Positions 18,698 to 28,041 of a DNA stretch of 64,000 nt are shown one piece after another (the first letter of the stretch is position 1; every line of letters begins with the position of its first letter). Both the position numbers and the translations under genes were made by a program. Source of the stretch: Planctomycetaceae bacterium (GTDB lineage Bacteria > Planctomycetota > Planctomycetia > Pirellulales > Pirellulaceae); assembly GCA_007694185.1 (NCBI GenBank), contig RECD01000174.1, positions 2,364 through 66,363 on the forward strand, written 5' to 3'. Under the pieces are notes generated by a model that made no database searches, had not been told where the DNA came from, and worked only from the letters and a program-made list of their open reading frames with translations.

Positions 18698-20869
18698 ATG
18701 TCCCGTACTTCCCCATCCCGCCTTCTCTTTTCGCTCGGTACGGCCTGCTGCCTGCTGCTGGCTGCCGGCGGCACCGCCTCGGCAGCCGGATTGCTGGTCG
18801 CCGATGGCGGATTCGGCGGCAAACTCGAAATCCGTGAACAGCGAGTCCAGGTCACGATCAACAACGGGGTCGCGGTGACCCAAGTCGATCAGGTGTTTTT
18901 CAATACGGAGAATCGTATCGTCGAAGCGCTCTACACCTTCCCGGTACCCAACGGGGCTTCGGTCAGCAATTTCACGATGATCATTGACGGTAAAGAGATG
19001 ATCGGCGAGGTGGTCGAAAAACAGCGGGCGCGTGAGATCTACGAAAGTTACAAGCAGACCCGCCGTGACCCGGGGTTGCTGGAACAGGTCGATTTCAAGT
19101 CGTTCGAGTTGCGGGTCTTCCCGATCGCCGCCGGTGCGGAGCAGCACATCAGCATCACCTATGCCCAACCGCTCGACTTCGATCACAACTCGGCGACCTA
19201 CGTCTATCCGCTGGAAACGACGACCAGCGGCCCGGTCGACGCCCGCACGACGGGCACCTTTTCGCTGACGCTCGATGTCAAAAGCGAGATCCCGATCGTG
19301 GCGATGGCCAGCCCGTCCCATCCCGACGATTTCGTGATCTCCGAACACACCTCGAAGTACTCTCGCGCCAGCCTCGAATTGCCCCAAGGTGACCTCAGCC
19401 GCGACCTGGTGATCCACTACCAGACCGAACGCCCCCACACCGGGCTCGATCTGGTCACCTCGAAGCGGCCGGGCGAAGACGGCTACTTCCTGCTGTCGCT
19501 GACCGCTGGCAAGGAATTGGAAGCATCGGAGGCCGGCATGGATTACATCTTTTTGGTCGACATCTCGGGGAGCATGGCGAATGACAACAAGCTGAACCTG
19601 TCCCGCACCGCGGTCGACGGGTTCCTCTCGTCGCTGGGGGCCGAGGACCGTTTCGAGGTGCTGACGTTCAACTCCCAGCCGGTGCCGAACTTTCAAGAGC
19701 TCTGCGAAGCCACCCCCGAGGCGGTGCTGAGCGCTCAAGAGTTCTTGCGTTCACAACGGGCTCGCGGCGGTACCGTGCTACGTCCCGCCGTGCTGACGGC
19801 CTACAAGTACAAATCGAGCGATCGGCCGCTGAACGTGGTGATCCTCTCAGACGGTTTGACCGAGGTGCGCGAGCAGGCCGAACTGCTGGCGGCGATCGAC
19901 CAAGCCCCAGCAGGAACGCGGCTGTTTTGCATCGGGATCGGCAACGAAACCAACCGGCCGCTGTTGCAGCAATTGGCCGAAAATGCGGGCGGGTTGGCCG
20001 CGTTCATTTCGCACCAAGACGACTTCGGGCGTCAAGCCGAATCGTTTCGCCGCAAGTTGATGCGGCCAGTCGCGACCGATTTGGTGATCGAAATCGCCGG
20101 CGTCGGGACGCATGATATGGCTTCCGAACGTCTACCCGACCTGTACTACGGCGCACCGATCCGTTTGCTGGGGCGGTACCGCCAAGCCGGCCCGGCCAAG
20201 ATCCTCGTGACCGCCAACGTGCTGGGCCAACCGTTCCGCCAAGAGTTCTCGTTCGATTTCCCCGAAATCGAAGCCGACAACCCCGAGATCGAACGGATGT
20301 GGGCGTTCCAGCGGACGCAAACGCTGATGGATCGGTTGCGAGCCGCCGGCGGCAAAGACCCGCAGGTGATCGAGGAGATCGTGCGGTTGTGTGAAGGTTA
20401 CTCGATCGTCAGCGAGTATGCCTCGTTCATCGTGCTGGAGAACGAAGGGGAGTACGCCCGCTGGCGGATCGAACGCCGCAACGCCAACCGGGTCGTCCGC
20501 GATCGGGCCGCGCGGGATCGGCTGCGTGACGAATTCCAACGCCTTCGAGACGAATCGCTGGCCAAGATCGGTCCCGCGAAATCGGCCCCGCCTTCCGAGC
20601 AGGCCGCGCCCTCCGTCGACGCCGTTTCGGCACCTGGCATGAACGTGCCGCTGGCGAACAACGCCGCTTCGGCACTGCCACAACCACAGGGTACCCCCGG
20701 CGACTTCAGCATGCCCGGACCGAACTTCGACGGTGGTGGTGGCGCGATCGACCCGATCAGCGGGGCGTTGGCGGGTGGGTTGGCGGCCGCCACGGCGTGG
20801 GCCGTGCGGCGTCGCAAAACGAAAACGCCTGGCGGCACCCACGACGATCACAGCCAAAACGTGATCTGA
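18698..20869 (+). CDS. secreted VIT + von Willebrand factor A domain protein with a GlyGly-CTERM-like tail
   Basis: The ATG at 18698 is preceded by caggag (18685-18690) and begins a signal peptide (MSRTSPSRLLFSLGTACCLLLAAGGTASA). VIT-like N-terminus (VQVTINNGVAVTQVDQVFFN...YTFPVP). VWA MIDAS FLVDISGSM. C-terminus FDGGGGAIDPISGALAGGLAAATAWAVRRRKTK (20726-20866). Confidence 0.75.
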   Translation: MSRTSPSRLLFSLGTACCLLLAAGGTASAAGLLVADGGFGGKLEIREQRVQVTINNGVAVTQVDQVFFNTENRIVEALYTFPVPNGASVSNFTMIIDGKEMIGEVVEKQRAREIYESYKQTRRDPGLLEQVDFKSFELRVFPIAAGAEQHISITYAQPLDFDHNSATYVYPLETTTSGPVDARTTGTFSLTLDVKSEIPIVAMASPSHPDDFVISEHTSKYSRASLELPQGDLSRDLVIHYQTERPHTGLDLVTSKRPGEDGYFLLSLTAGKELEASEAGMDYIFLVDISGSMANDNKLNLSRTAVDGFLSSLGAEDRFEVLTFNSQPVPNFQELCEATPEAVLSAQEFLRSQRARGGTVLRPAVLTAYKYKSSDRPLNVVILSDGLTEVREQAELLAAIDQAPAGTRLFCIGIGNETNRPLLQQLAENAGGLAAFISHQDDFGRQAESFRRKLMRPVATDLVIEIAGVGTHDMASERLPDLYYGAPIRLLGRYRQAGPAKILVTANVLGQPFRQEFSFDFPEIEADNPEIERMWAFQRTQTLMDRLRAAGGKDPQVIEEIVRLCEGYSIVSEYASFIVLENEGEYARWRIERRNANRVVRDRAARDRLRDEFQRLRDESLAKIGPAKSAPPSEQAAPSVDAVSAPGMNVPLANNAASALPQPQGTPGDFSMPGPNFDGGGGAIDPISGALAGGLAAATAWAVRRRKTKTPGGTHDDHSQNVI

Positions 20870-20981
20870 ATCGATGCCTCGATGACGTGACGCCAGGGCT
20901 GCTTCTGCCCTGGCGTCACGCGGGCGTTTCCCCACTCCGTGTTACCCGACCACGACTTCCCCCCAGACAGGACCGATTCCG

Positions 20982-21719
20982 ATGCGCGGCGCACTCGGCG
21001 AACTCCGATCGATCCCCGTGACGATCCTGCTGGTCGCGATCGCGACCACGGCCCAGTTGGCACCCGAACTGGCCACTCGCTTGACGATCGACCTGCGAGA
21101 CACCACCAGCCTGGCGACTTACCGACTGGTCGGTTGCCACCTGATCCATTGGTCGGCCGAGCATTTCTTCTGGGACATCGGGATGTTCGTGCTGCTGGCG
21201 GGGTTTTGCGAACGCTGGTGGCCGCGAGCTTGCTACTTGACGCTGGCCGTTTCCGCCATTGCGATCCCGCTAGCCGTCGCGATCGGGCACCCGGAAATCA
21301 CCAGCTATCGGGGGCTCAGCGGGCTCGACACAGGTCTGTTCGCGTTGCTGGCGACCCGACTGCTGATCGGATCGTTGGCGGCTCGCGACCGCGTCGGTGG
21401 CTTCCTGTTCGCCGGCATGCTGGTCGCCTTGGCCGCCAAGGTGGCGATGGAGTTTCAGACCGGCGACTTGTGGTTTGTGACGCCTGCCGACTTCACCCCG
21501 CTGCCGCTGGCGCACCTGATCGGCGGCCTGATCGGTGTGGCGGCGGGTGTGATGGGGAGAGGCTTGGTCGGCGAAGCGGGGGTTTCGGCCGAGCGGCTCG
21601 CCGCTCACCGCTGCTCTGGCCCGCGAAGCACCGCCGGCCAACCGCTGGCAGCGCCCGTGCAGGACGCCCTGCCGCTTCCCAGCGAAACCTTTTGCGAAGT
21701 ATTTTTCAGAAAAGGCTAG
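20982..21719 (+). CDS. rhomboid-family intramembrane serine protease, rhombosortase-like
   Basis: 245 aa, about 6 TM. TM2-type motif YRLVGCHLIHWSAEHFFWD, catalytic GxSG (YRGLSGLDTG), and catalytic His in AHLIGGLIG. Starts 112 nt downstream of the VIT-VWA gene on the same strand. Confidence 0.65.
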   Translation: MRGALGELRSIPVTILLVAIATTAQLAPELATRLTIDLRDTTSLATYRLVGCHLIHWSAEHFFWDIGMFVLLAGFCERWWPRACYLTLAVSAIAIPLAVAIGHPEITSYRGLSGLDTGLFALLATRLLIGSLAARDRVGGFLFAGMLVALAAKVAMEFQTGDLWFVTPADFTPLPLAHLIGGLIGVAAGVMGRGLVGEAGVSAERLAAHRCSGPRSTAGQPLAAPVQDALPLPSETFCEVFFRKG

Positions 21720-21795
21720 AGCGACCCTTCGTGATTGGTCGATGAGACAATGAAAATACGCCGCGGGGGGGCAATCCTGCAGTGCGTGAAGTCGG

Positions 21796-23265
21796 ATGCT
21801 TGCTATTTTTTCAGTCACCAGCCAGACACATCGGGCGTCGGACCCGTTGCGTCTCATCGCGCGACGGCAGATCGTTGTGGCCCTGCTGCTGCTCGTCGCA
21901 GCCGGACCGGCGTCGGCTCAGAACCCTCCAGCCGTCAAACATTGGCGGGTGACACCGCCCGGCACCGCCACCGAGTCGGTCCGCCGATCGGGCGGGGGCT
22001 ACTTTGGAGAGCCCGCCGCGACAATCGCACCGGTCGAATACGTCGACGACCTGGACTACCCGGACGATCTCGAAGTGGCGGAAGCGCCCTCGCGACGTGC
22101 CCGCATGGACGGTTGGCGACATCCCCCATCCGACGCCTGCGACGATTGGCTTGACGAGGCCTACGCGAATTCGCTGTGTGGATTCGGCTTGCTGCGGATC
22201 GACCGACCGACCGGTTACTGGCTGTCAGGCGGTTACCTGCGTTGGTCGATCACGGGAGCGAACCTGCCGCCGCTGCTCCGATCCGGCGATGGGACATCGC
22301 TGGACAACATCGGCGTGCTCGGGCAACCGGGGCAGACGTTGCTCGGGGGGACCGAAGCGAACATGACTTCGTCCGGGTTCGAAATCGGCGGTGGCGTTTG
22401 GTTTGACAACTGCCAGCACTCCGGTTGGGAGTTTCGCTACTCCGGTTTGCCACAACAATTTGACCGCCAAACGGTCGACAGCGTCTGGACGCTGGGTCTG
22501 GGTCGGCCCTATGTCGCCGGTGATGGTAACGAGGCGGCCCTGTTGGTAGCGCACCCGAACTTTGCCGATGGGATGATGACGCAGTCTACCTGGACCGAAC
22601 TCCATTCGGTGGAAGCCTTGCGGCGGGACGCCCTGAGGATCGTCGGCCCCCGACGTGTCGACTCGCTGATCGGGTTCCGCTATCTCTACCTCGGCGAAGG
22701 TCTGCAACTCGACCAAAGGACCGAATACTTTGCCCCCCAGGCGCCGATCGCGGCCGGCACCCTGATCGAGATCAGCGACCAGTTCCGCACCCGCAATCAC
22801 TTCACCAGCTTTTCGCTGGGGCTCGACGCGACCGAACGGTTCTCGCTGTTCGACTTCAATCTGAGAGGCGGGCTGAGCCTCGGGGTGAACTCGATGGAAG
22901 TCGAGATCGCCGGCGAGACGACCGCGACCGTGCCCAACAGTTCCGGCGTCCCTGTCGCCGCGACCTTTCCCGGCGGCCTGTTGGCCCAGTCGACCAACGG
23001 GGGACGTCAAACCCTGAATCGCTTCGCACTCCTGCCCGAACTCCAGACCGGCATCACCGCGCATCTGACTTCCAATTGGCGGTGGGAGGTCGGTTATCGG
23101 CTGTTCTACCTCAGCGAGGCCGTTCAACCGGGTGACCAGATCGATCGCAGCGCATCCCAACTGCCACCCGAAACCCCAATCGCACCCTTCACGCCGGCCC
23201 CGACGTTTCGAACCGGAGGCGTGTTGGTTCAGGGATTGCGGACAGCGATGGTTTTCGACTTCTAA
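21796..23265 (+). CDS. BBP7-type putative outer-membrane beta-barrel protein
   Basis: 489 aa. Signal peptide (IVVALLLLVAAGPASAQ). Motif YWLSGGYLRWSITGANLPPLLRSG, typical of the planctomycete BBP7 family. Alternating beta-strand pattern and a terminal aromatic residue (MVFDF). Confidence 0.65.
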   Translation: MLAIFSVTSQTHRASDPLRLIARRQIVVALLLLVAAGPASAQNPPAVKHWRVTPPGTATESVRRSGGGYFGEPAATIAPVEYVDDLDYPDDLEVAEAPSRRARMDGWRHPPSDACDDWLDEAYANSLCGFGLLRIDRPTGYWLSGGYLRWSITGANLPPLLRSGDGTSLDNIGVLGQPGQTLLGGTEANMTSSGFEIGGGVWFDNCQHSGWEFRYSGLPQQFDRQTVDSVWTLGLGRPYVAGDGNEAALLVAHPNFADGMMTQSTWTELHSVEALRRDALRIVGPRRVDSLIGFRYLYLGEGLQLDQRTEYFAPQAPIAAGTLIEISDQFRTRNHFTSFSLGLDATERFSLFDFNLRGGLSLGVNSMEVEIAGETTATVPNSSGVPVAATFPGGLLAQSTNGGRQTLNRFALLPELQTGITAHLTSNWRWEVGYRLFYLSEAVQPGDQIDRSASQLPPETPIAPFTPAPTFRTGGVLVQGLRTAMVFDF

Positions 23266-23286
23266 ACCCGGCTATCTGGCGGCAGG

Positions 23287-25395
23287 TCAGCTCGGCTCGG
23301 AACGGGTGATCGTGAATGTCCCTTCGATCGACGCTTCTTGCAGATCGGTGCTCCGGATCCGTACCCGGAACGACTCGATCAGATCGAAATCCAGTTCGAC
23401 GCGCACGATCAATTCGTTGCCGACGATCTCGAAATACTCATTCTCCTCACCCCCATCGCCCGAGGCCAATGCGTAGGTGTGGAGGTCACCTTCGTCTGGG
23501 TCCTCTGTCGAGAGCGTGCCGATCACAACACCCGGGGCCGCGTTGCCGACGACTGTTGAATCGCTCAGTTCGATCGCCGTCGGCGCTGCGTTCGTCTTGA
23601 TCACCGTGATCACGAAAATCTGCTCGAAGAACGCTTCGCCCGAATCGGTCGAGCGGACACGGATCGTGTGCGTCGGGTTGGTTGCGAAGTCGAAGTTCGC
23701 CGCCGTGATCAATTGGTTTTCAACGATCTGGAAGGCGCCGTTGTCGTCATCCCCTTCGCCCTCGGCAAAGGTGTAGCTGTGCGAATCACCCGTGTCGGGA
23801 TCGATCGTCGAGAAGGTGCCGACAGGCGTGCCGATCTCGGCAGCTTCCGCAACAGACGAATCGCTCAGTTCGATCGCCGTCGGCGCTGAGTTCGTCTTGA
23901 GCACATCGATGGTGAATACCCGCTCGATGAATAAGCCCTGGCTGTCGGTCGAACGGACACGAACGGAGTAGGAACTGCGTGTTTCGAAGTCGAAGATGGC
24001 TGCCGTCACCAACTCGTCGTTGGCGATCACGAACGACGAGTTGTCATCGCTGCCCGTTCCCGACACGAGCGTGTAGGTGTGCGTGTCGCCCGGATCGGGA
24101 TCGTCAGTGAACAACTGGCCGACGACCGTTCCGGTCGGCAAACCCTCCCTGATCTGGTTTGAAGACAACGTCATGTTCATCGGCGCCTGAGACTCAGGCA
24201 AGGCCGGCAGGTTTGCCACTGGCAATCCGACAACGACCCGCAGCATGTCGCTGGCATCGAGTGGGCTGATCCCGTCCAAGCCGGTCACGTCGCCGATGAT
24301 CCGCGGGTCGATGGTCGGGTAAAGCACCCTGCCGGGGTCAGTTCCCGTCGGGTTGCTGACGGCAAAACCGCTATCGAGCCCGGCGGCAACGCGGGCGATC
24401 AAGCGGGCATCTTCCGCTTCGTAGCGACGGTTGGCGTTCGCATCGCCGACAAAGGCGACAACGTGAACCGCGTCATCTGCAATCGCTTGCAAGTCGCCGC
24501 CGTTGATCTCCAGCGATGTCACCCGCAGCACATGAGCTTGACCGTACTCCGCGTCTTCGGGGACGGTCGCCACCAAGTTCAGCAGATCTGCGGGGCCGCT
24601 GGGCATCGGGTCTAACGAGAAAAAGGCGATCCGCAATTGGCCTGGAACCGTCAGGTTCACTTCGACCTGCGATCCGCTCGGTGCGTCGCGTCCCAACGTG
24701 ACATCCGAAACGTCCAACAGACTCGGGTCGTAGTCGACCGTCATCGTCAGCGAGGTGATGCCCTCGGTCTGCGAGAAGCGGATCGGCAAACCGCCCAGCG
24801 GGGCGATGCCCGATCCGATCGCCGGAACGTTGACGCTCTGCGAAGGCCCGCGAGCAAAGTCGGGCATCCCGACAACGATCGCCGGCAGCGGGCCGACGGT
24901 GAACGAAATGACAAAATCGCCTCCCGGAACACCGTCCCCCGACGGGAAAACCCCGTCGAACTCGCCATCGAGCCATTGCCCCAATGCCGCATCGACGATC
25001 CCGTTCGCGGCGCTGCGGAGCGTCGCCGTGTAGTCGTCCGGTTGCAACGCCCCACCTGAGGCGATGAAGTGCAGGTCGGTCCCGTTGACGATCAAGGAAC
25101 CCCGGACATCGCCGGTGTTCGCCCCTCGCAAGACGACGTCGGCATCTCCCAGCACCTCGCTCTGGGCGTCGTAAAGGTTCAAATTCTCGACGCGGATCTC
25201 TTCGCTCAACGTCGCCGTGAAGCCGCTTGCCGTCGGCACGAAGGCTTCCACCGTCACCGCCATCACCCGACGGTCTTCGAGCGGCTCAATCCGCAACCGT
25301 CGCGAGGAGGTTGGAGCGCACTCCGTTCTGTTAAGGAGAAACCGTTCCAACGCCGAACGTTTCCACGGACGAGCCATGCGACGCAAACGATCCAT
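23287..25395 (-). CDS. secreted surface protein: LEDRR N-terminal motif, cohesin-like domain, dockerin-like repeats, three cadherin-like repeats
   Basis: Track ORF 23287..25581. The start is probably the ATG at 25395 (MDRLRRMARPW...) or at 25377. RRLRIEPLEDRRVMAV. Cohesin-like block (SLTMTVDYDPSLLDVSDVTLG...LRIAFFSL). Two dockerin-like segments (GDANANRRYEAEDARLIARV; GDVTGLDGISPLDASDMLRVV). Three ~100-aa repeats carry DPDxGDxHxY...FxI...L...DFE...Y.V.V..TD. Confidence 0.7.
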   Translation of the reverse strand: MDRLRRMARPWKRSALERFLLNRTECAPTSSRRLRIEPLEDRRVMAVTVEAFVPTASGFTATLSEEIRVENLNLYDAQSEVLGDADVVLRGANTGDVRGSLIVNGTDLHFIASGGALQPDDYTATLRSAANGIVDAALGQWLDGEFDGVFPSGDGVPGGDFVISFTVGPLPAIVVGMPDFARGPSQSVNVPAIGSGIAPLGGLPIRFSQTEGITSLTMTVDYDPSLLDVSDVTLGRDAPSGSQVEVNLTVPGQLRIAFFSLDPMPSGPADLLNLVATVPEDAEYGQAHVLRVTSLEINGGDLQAIADDAVHVVAFVGDANANRRYEAEDARLIARVAAGLDSGFAVSNPTGTDPGRVLYPTIDPRIIGDVTGLDGISPLDASDMLRVVVGLPVANLPALPESQAPMNMTLSSNQIREGLPTGTVVGQLFTDDPDPGDTHTYTLVSGTGSDDNSSFVIANDELVTAAIFDFETRSSYSVRVRSTDSQGLFIERVFTIDVLKTNSAPTAIELSDSSVAEAAEIGTPVGTFSTIDPDTGDSHSYTFAEGEGDDDNGAFQIVENQLITAANFDFATNPTHTIRVRSTDSGEAFFEQIFVITVIKTNAAPTAIELSDSTVVGNAAPGVVIGTLSTEDPDEGDLHTYALASGDGGEENEYFEIVGNELIVRVELDFDLIESFRVRIRSTDLQEASIEGTFTITRSEPS
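23290..24195. repeat. three tandem ~300-bp coding repeats (cadherin-like modules)
   Basis: The string gaatcgctcagttcgatcgccgtcggcgctg recurs near 23560 and 23860 (300-bp period). All three protein repeats align by eye. Confidence 0.75.
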
Positions 25396-25862
25396 TTTCG
25401 AACCCTTCTTGCAAAACCGGCCTGCGTAAACTGCGCGAAACATCACCATGGCGCAAACTTGGCGGGAACCCACAAAAAAGCTAGCTGACAAACAGGGTGG
25501 ATGGTGGCAGCGATCGATCCGATCCGGGGCGAATTGCCGAGACCGAACGATCGCGACCGGCGCCATCAACACGACCGTCAATAAGCTCCTGACCAGAAAT
25601 ATCGATCGAGAACACAGGTTGCTCAGATCAAACCGGACTCCAACCGCGTATCAACGTTTTGAACCGTAACAGCGGAAAAAGTTCCGCAATCGCCGCAACT
25701 TCGCGACGACAAACGTAATCTAACTTTGTGAAGTGAACGCTACTGGGGACAGCCTTACCGGAACCAGGTCACTGGGACACCGCGCGCCAGAGCGGTCCTC
25801 GGCCACACTCCAGCGTCACGGCTTCATCCGTTTCGTCCTGTTCCACTCGCCCCCAGTTCGAA

Positions 25863-27242
25863 ATGACCGTCCACCGTCGACGCCTGCGAATCGAAAACCT
25901 GGAAGACCGTCGCTTGCTCGCGGCGGTGAACGTCCCGACCGACATCCAGGGCGAGGTCGGCGCCGTCGTTTCCGTACCGGTAAACGTCGACCAACCGGAG
26001 GGCGTTCGCGGCGCCTTGATAACGCTCCGTTACGACCCCGATGTGTTGTCGTTGACGCCGGAACAGGTGACTGCGGGGACGGCTTGGTCCGCGACATCCG
26101 AAACCCTCGTCGTCGCGAACGTCGATCCGGTGGCCGGCGCCGTGACGGTTTCGCTTTCCAACGCGATCGGTTCGCCCGCCACAGGCGGTTCGCTCGTCGT
26201 GCTCGGGTTTCGAGTGCTGGAATCGGCCGAACCGGGGGTCACGTCGCCGATCGACTTGGTGGATGTCCGGTTAAACGAATCGGCCATTCCGGTGGTCCCG
26301 GCGCCCGTGCCGGGCCCTGACCCGACGGACGGCCGCGTCACGGTGGTGTCGACCGATCCGACCCTGGCTGATCGTATCACCGGGGTCGTTTTCGCGGATG
26401 TCGACAACGACGGCCAGCCCGGTCCACGCGAAGGCCTTCCGGGGGTCACGATCCGGCTGATCCGCCAAGCGACCGGCGAGACCTTCACAACCCAAACGGA
26501 CGACCGGGGACGGTACGAGTTCACCGACTTACCCGCAGGTGATTACCAGATCGTTCAGGTCCAACCGGCGGCGTACTTCGATGGCGGACCGAACGAACTC
26601 GCCGTTTCCCTCGCAGCGGGCCAAAGTCTGATCGAACAGAACTTTCGCGAGCATGCGTTGAGGCCCGAGTTCTTCTATTTGCGACTGATGTCGACCCCCG
26701 TCCAACCGGTCGGATCGCCGGCGTGGGTGGCGACTTTGCGCGACATCCAAAGCGACTCGGTCGGGTGGGAGCCGGTATCCGCCGCAGTCAGCTCGGAGTT
26801 GTCCAACGGGGATGAGGCCGCCGCGGTTGTCGGTTCGAGCTCGCAGGCTTCAGAGATTCTTGGCGCGGAAGTGGCCTCGGCGACCGACGACGAGGTGTCG
26901 GAATCCGTCTCCGAGCCAGGAACAGCGGCATTCGTGGGCGATACGGATGAGACTGGTGGCGGCGGCGAGGTCGATTCAGCGACCAACTTGCCACCTACCG
27001 AAGCCGAATCGCCACCCGCGGAAGGCGAGGGAGAATTGGGCTGGGATTGGGTAACGGTTGAGGCCCTGCCCGCTTTCGACGAAACCATGCCGGTTGGCGA
27101 TTTCCCCTCCTCAGACGCGTCGCAGACAGCCCCCCAAGCGGCCGTACAACCTCCCGGAACGCCTCAACCGGCGCAGGAAAACGAGGACGACGAAGCGGTT
27201 CGGCTGGCAGACATCGCCCTGGCGGCTTACGGGCTGTGGTAA
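25863..27242 (+). CDS. secreted protein: LEDRR N-terminal motif, cohesin-like domain, SdrD B-like domain, acidic low-complexity tail
   Basis: 459 aa with an ATG start. MTVHRRRLRIENLEDRRLLAAVNV. Cohesin-like (VSVPVNVDQPEGVRGALITLRYDPDVLSL...LVVLGFRV). SdrD-B/carboxypeptidase-regulatory-like fold (ITGVVFADVDNDGQPGPREGLPGVTIRL...TDDRGRYEFTDLPAGDYQI). Asp/Glu/Ser-rich C-terminus. Confidence 0.7.
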   Translation: MTVHRRRLRIENLEDRRLLAAVNVPTDIQGEVGAVVSVPVNVDQPEGVRGALITLRYDPDVLSLTPEQVTAGTAWSATSETLVVANVDPVAGAVTVSLSNAIGSPATGGSLVVLGFRVLESAEPGVTSPIDLVDVRLNESAIPVVPAPVPGPDPTDGRVTVVSTDPTLADRITGVVFADVDNDGQPGPREGLPGVTIRLIRQATGETFTTQTDDRGRYEFTDLPAGDYQIVQVQPAAYFDGGPNELAVSLAAGQSLIEQNFREHALRPEFFYLRLMSTPVQPVGSPAWVATLRDIQSDSVGWEPVSAAVSSELSNGDEAAAVVGSSSQASEILGAEVASATDDEVSESVSEPGTAAFVGDTDETGGGGEVDSATNLPPTEAESPPAEGEGELGWDWVTVEALPAFDETMPVGDFPSSDASQTAPQAAVQPPGTPQPAQENEDDEAVRLADIALAAYGLW

Positions 27243-27445
27243 GACGCTCCGCAGGAAGCTGACGTCTCCCCGAACACGTGTTTCAAAGGTCCTCCCCCCG
27301 CTTCAAGTCCCGCGCACACGGCCCATTCTCGACCGCTTTGGCCGCGACTTCGCGTCCCGTTTGCGGTCATCGTCAAGCGATTTTTTTGCACGGCCGGGGG
27401 TGCAAGCACCCATGGTGAAGTCGCTCGAACCGATTTGTGGCGCGT

Positions 27446-27784
27446 TCACTTTTCACCGTCCGCAAGGCCGCGTCGGCGGATCCGTTCGCGACGCTGGCTC
27501 GCGGCGAGCTTGACGTTTTCGGACAGCCCCGGGCTGGCCAACACCCGCGTCAGGTCTGCCGCCGCTTTCTCATCCTCGCCGATAGACGAGTAGGCCAACG
27601 CCCGGTTGTAGAGCGCCATCGCCATCACGTCGCTCGCCGGGGCGAGGCCCCGGATCGCTTCGGAATAATCCGAAACGGCACCTCGGAAGTCCTTCCGTTT
27701 CGCCTTGTCCATGCCACTGCGGTACTGCGACAGGGCTTTTTCGCGGCTCGAAAACAGCCCTTTCAGCCGGCCAAGAATACTCAT
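27446..27784 (-). CDS. small TPR-like protein
   Basis: The ATG at 27784 (MSILGRLKGLFSS) is preferred over the track start at 27847. AVSDYSEAIRGL...ALYNRALAYSSIGEDEKAAADLTRVL is TPR-like. Confidence 0.45.
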   Translation of the reverse strand: MSILGRLKGLFSSREKALSQYRSGMDKAKRKDFRGAVSDYSEAIRGLAPASDVMAMALYNRALAYSSIGEDEKAAADLTRVLASPGLSENVKLAASQRRERIRRRGLADGEK

Positions 27785-28041
27785 GATTGTCCTCTGGATT
27801 GAATCCCCGGCGGAAGTGCCGGAAGCCGTTGCCGCCGAATATGGCATGGCTCAGGGCACGACCGAGTTCGTGGGATATCGATCCGGCTCATCATAAGCGA
27901 TCAGGCCTGGTCCGACAGCCAAAAGTGCGGCCGACTCGCAGGAAGGCTCCGATCCGAAATCGAATCGTCATCGTCATCGGCTACCGCGCCGATCGCGTTT
28001 TCGAAACTTCGGATTGGTTTTCCGCGAGTCCCACGCTTTCC

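Noticed and set aside
27385-27415. Hairpin tgcac-ggccgggg-gtgca next to a T7 run, between the convergent cohesin and TPR genes. It could be a terminator.
   Set aside because: The T-run precedes the stem on the plus strand and becomes an A-run after the stem on the minus strand. It therefore does not fit an intrinsic terminator for either gene.
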